A DNA stretch of 64,000 bases from Octopus bimaculoides (lineage: Eukaryota). How positions within the stretch are numbered: position 1 is the stretch's first letter; each line of letters starts with the position of its first letter. The translations under genes and the position numbers were made by a program. The notes beneath the pieces are model-generated. The model ran no database searches, was not told the DNA's origin, and was given only the letters and a program-made list of their open reading frames with translations. The DNA is taken from NCBI RefSeq assembly GCF_001194135.2, contig NC_068982.1, positions 107,082,064-107,146,063 of the forward strand. Direction: 5' to 3'. Positions 61,613 through 64,000 of this stretch are shown one piece after another.

Positions 61613-64000
61613 CTGAAAAATAAAAGATATTAATGGATGTCTGTTAGTCGTAGAATAATTTTATAACTGGTTAGGTATTGTAGAATCAATATAAAAATCT
61701 GATAACGGTCAACTCCATTTGAAAATCTACATCGATGGTGTGACACCGAAGGAGCCTGCGCGTGGTTTCTTCTTCTACAAAAAGATAGCAGCTAAGTTCC
61801 TTTAAATCATATCTTAGAGTAAGAAGTACACTTTAAATACCATTATTCTCGATACGCAAAAAAGACGAATGTGTACGAACGGAACACTTTTGATCTTCAG
61901 TATGATCTAAGGTTAAACAACAACAATAACAGCAGTAGCAGCAATCTATGTCCATGACTGGTTCGGTAACACTGTCACTCAGTACAACATAGTGAAACTT
62001 GGTGAGAACGTTCATGTCGTCATTTGATCTGCTGAAATCAGTCACCCAAAATCATACATCATCTTAGAAACCAAGGATACATTGGATAATGCAATCTTAG
62101 ATACATTATGCCTGGAAGAAATAGAAATGGTCATGAATGGAAAGTCAGAAAGACTAAATGAGAGGAGAAACATCTATGTCATGAAAGGCTAATTATATAT
62201 ATATAGTGCGAGGAAGCAAACGATACTGTTATGGAATGAAATTTACACTACTGATTAAGAAGCACAGTGCAAACCTGAAATGAAATTTGCGCTACTGATA
62301 AAGAATCATATTGCAAACTCGAAAGAAAAAAGTCAAGTATTTTGTGTTGACACTAGCTTGTAATCTAACGAGTAAGTTCAACGCTTACATAAACTCGGTA
62401 TGACTGCTGTTACTGAAAAGTAAATATGAATTTAGGGCCTCCGTCGACCAAGGTTAACCATATACTTATCTTGTTTGCATAGGTCTGGGCATGGATTTTT
62501 GAGGAAGATTGGCACTTGCCTAGGCGTACTAAGTTTCACCTCTCCATGTCACCAATATCGTCCAAGGAAAAGTTTGGCGCTTTAGTGCCGATAGAACCTG
62601 ACATAGAGACGTCACAGGCGTTGCTGTAAGAATGCCGGAACAGATACTTCAAGATATCCTGCCAGATGCTCTAACAGTTCTGCCAATCCGATCTTCTTAA
62701 TTGGACATTTTTTTATCGATTCCGAAATGATGAAAGACAATGATGATTTCGGTGAGATTTGAACACAGAACACAGAGATTCGAAATAGATTCTCTTCTCG
62801 GCATTTTAATCAATGCACTACCGACACTGCCTGTTCGCCACCTTTACTGTGAATCTTGCATTCATCAGTGGAACAATAAATAACAATATTATTAACCTTA
62901 AGTCTTTAGGAAGAAAGTTTTAGGATTCGAACTCAGTCTGGTACTAAGTGCACATGCAAGATTAAAACCCCTGATGGAGATTGAAAACCAAACTGATGAA
63001 TATCGAAAATCTTTTATCTAATTTAGGACTATTGAACTCAACTTTATACCAATCAATAATTTATCTAAAATATTATAATCTTATGCAAAATTTAAATTAT
63101 GATGAAATTGATTAAACATCTCATTTTCAGAGATTAAAAAAAAAATAATAACACGCCTTTCTTGAGAAAAAAAAAAATTATAATAATACTCATTAAAGCT
63201 AATGATTGTTTTTCATTATGAATGTAAATGGCTCGTGTTAAACACGTTAACCATTTCTTAAATATGTTCTCCGTGTAGAAGAAAATTTCTCCAGTCGTTT
63301 TTCTAACAAATGTTTTCCGTCAAAGTATTTATTATTCTCTGAATTCGTATGGGATTTGGAAAGTATGGTAAGATTGTCTCTCGCTGAGGAGGTCTAATAA
63401 CATCTAAACACGTCCGGAATTGTCTCTGTAGGACCAATGGTCAGATACACACCTCACTACACGTCTTTATTCAACTTTTAATTGAGATTTCGGAATTGTT
63501 TCACTTGCTTTTCTTCACAAGAGTTAATAATGAAATCTAACGTTTTTTCTTTTTATTATGAGAGTAATTTCAATTAATAAAATCTTTACTTTGCTTACTA
63601 AATGTTAACTACCATTTAATTATGTACTTCATTTAACTGTATACTCCATTTAGTCAATTGTAAATTCCATTGATACTGTTGTTATGAGTTTTATAGGGTT
63701 AACTTGATAGTATTGATCATAGGCAATAGATTTAAATCACACAGTCATTACTATAAAATAGCAACAACCAGAGACTGAAGGCGATAGAATATTAAAGCAC
63801 TATTTACTATAAGTATCTCTTGTAGTTGATGCGTTCCTATATCAGTGGCATTGAATAAATATTTATTCATCTTTAGTACAAGTATGAAAAAGTCAATTGC
63901 TTAAACATTCACAATCAAAGCTATCTGTCAAAGGGTAATCACTTCTCTTGACCTTTCATTGTCGGTGGTCAATTTTGTTTTGTCGGCCGTGTATTCTAGT

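Noticed and set aside
62960-63012. Tandem CTGATG...GAAA strings
   Set aside because: No pairing helices; not a credible hammerhead.

Overview
AT-rich, repeat-dense eukaryotic genomic DNA with six N-gaps. The SINE families and microsatellite load suggest a coleoid cephalopod, probably Octopus (inference). Two spliced genes lie convergently. (1) SAP18 on the + strand has 3 coding exons (14573-14698, 15350-15456, 23312-23594; 171 aa from the first ATG). (2) A DNase I-family gene on the - strand is almost invisible in the ORF track. I rebuilt five frame-compatible exons by hand (61612-61544, 40333-40233, 35903-35642, 31480-31387, 29330-29157; 232 aa); its N-terminal exons were not found and probably lie beyond base 64000. 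The DNase keeps E78, H134, N170, D212, H252 and the C173-C209 pair (bovine numbering, aligned from memory). However, the metal-binding D168 is Thr, the DNA-contacting GRNSY loop and the acidic CxxC loop are remodelled, and the protein ends in a Ser/Thr stalk plus a GPI-type hydrophobic tail. It is therefore a candidate membrane-anchored attenuated or pseudo-nuclease. Its last 14 codons and 3'UTR are duplicated about 2.95 kb downstream. The rest is transposon-derived: tRNA-type SINEs (3 families), RTE, CR1/L2-like, R4-like and CRE-like LINE remnants, Penelope-like elements (one with a hammerhead-like motif), mariner, hAT and TTAA/piggyBac-type elements, and an LTR. No rRNA, genuine tRNA or CRISPR array was seen. 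All alignments were done by eye; no searches were run.
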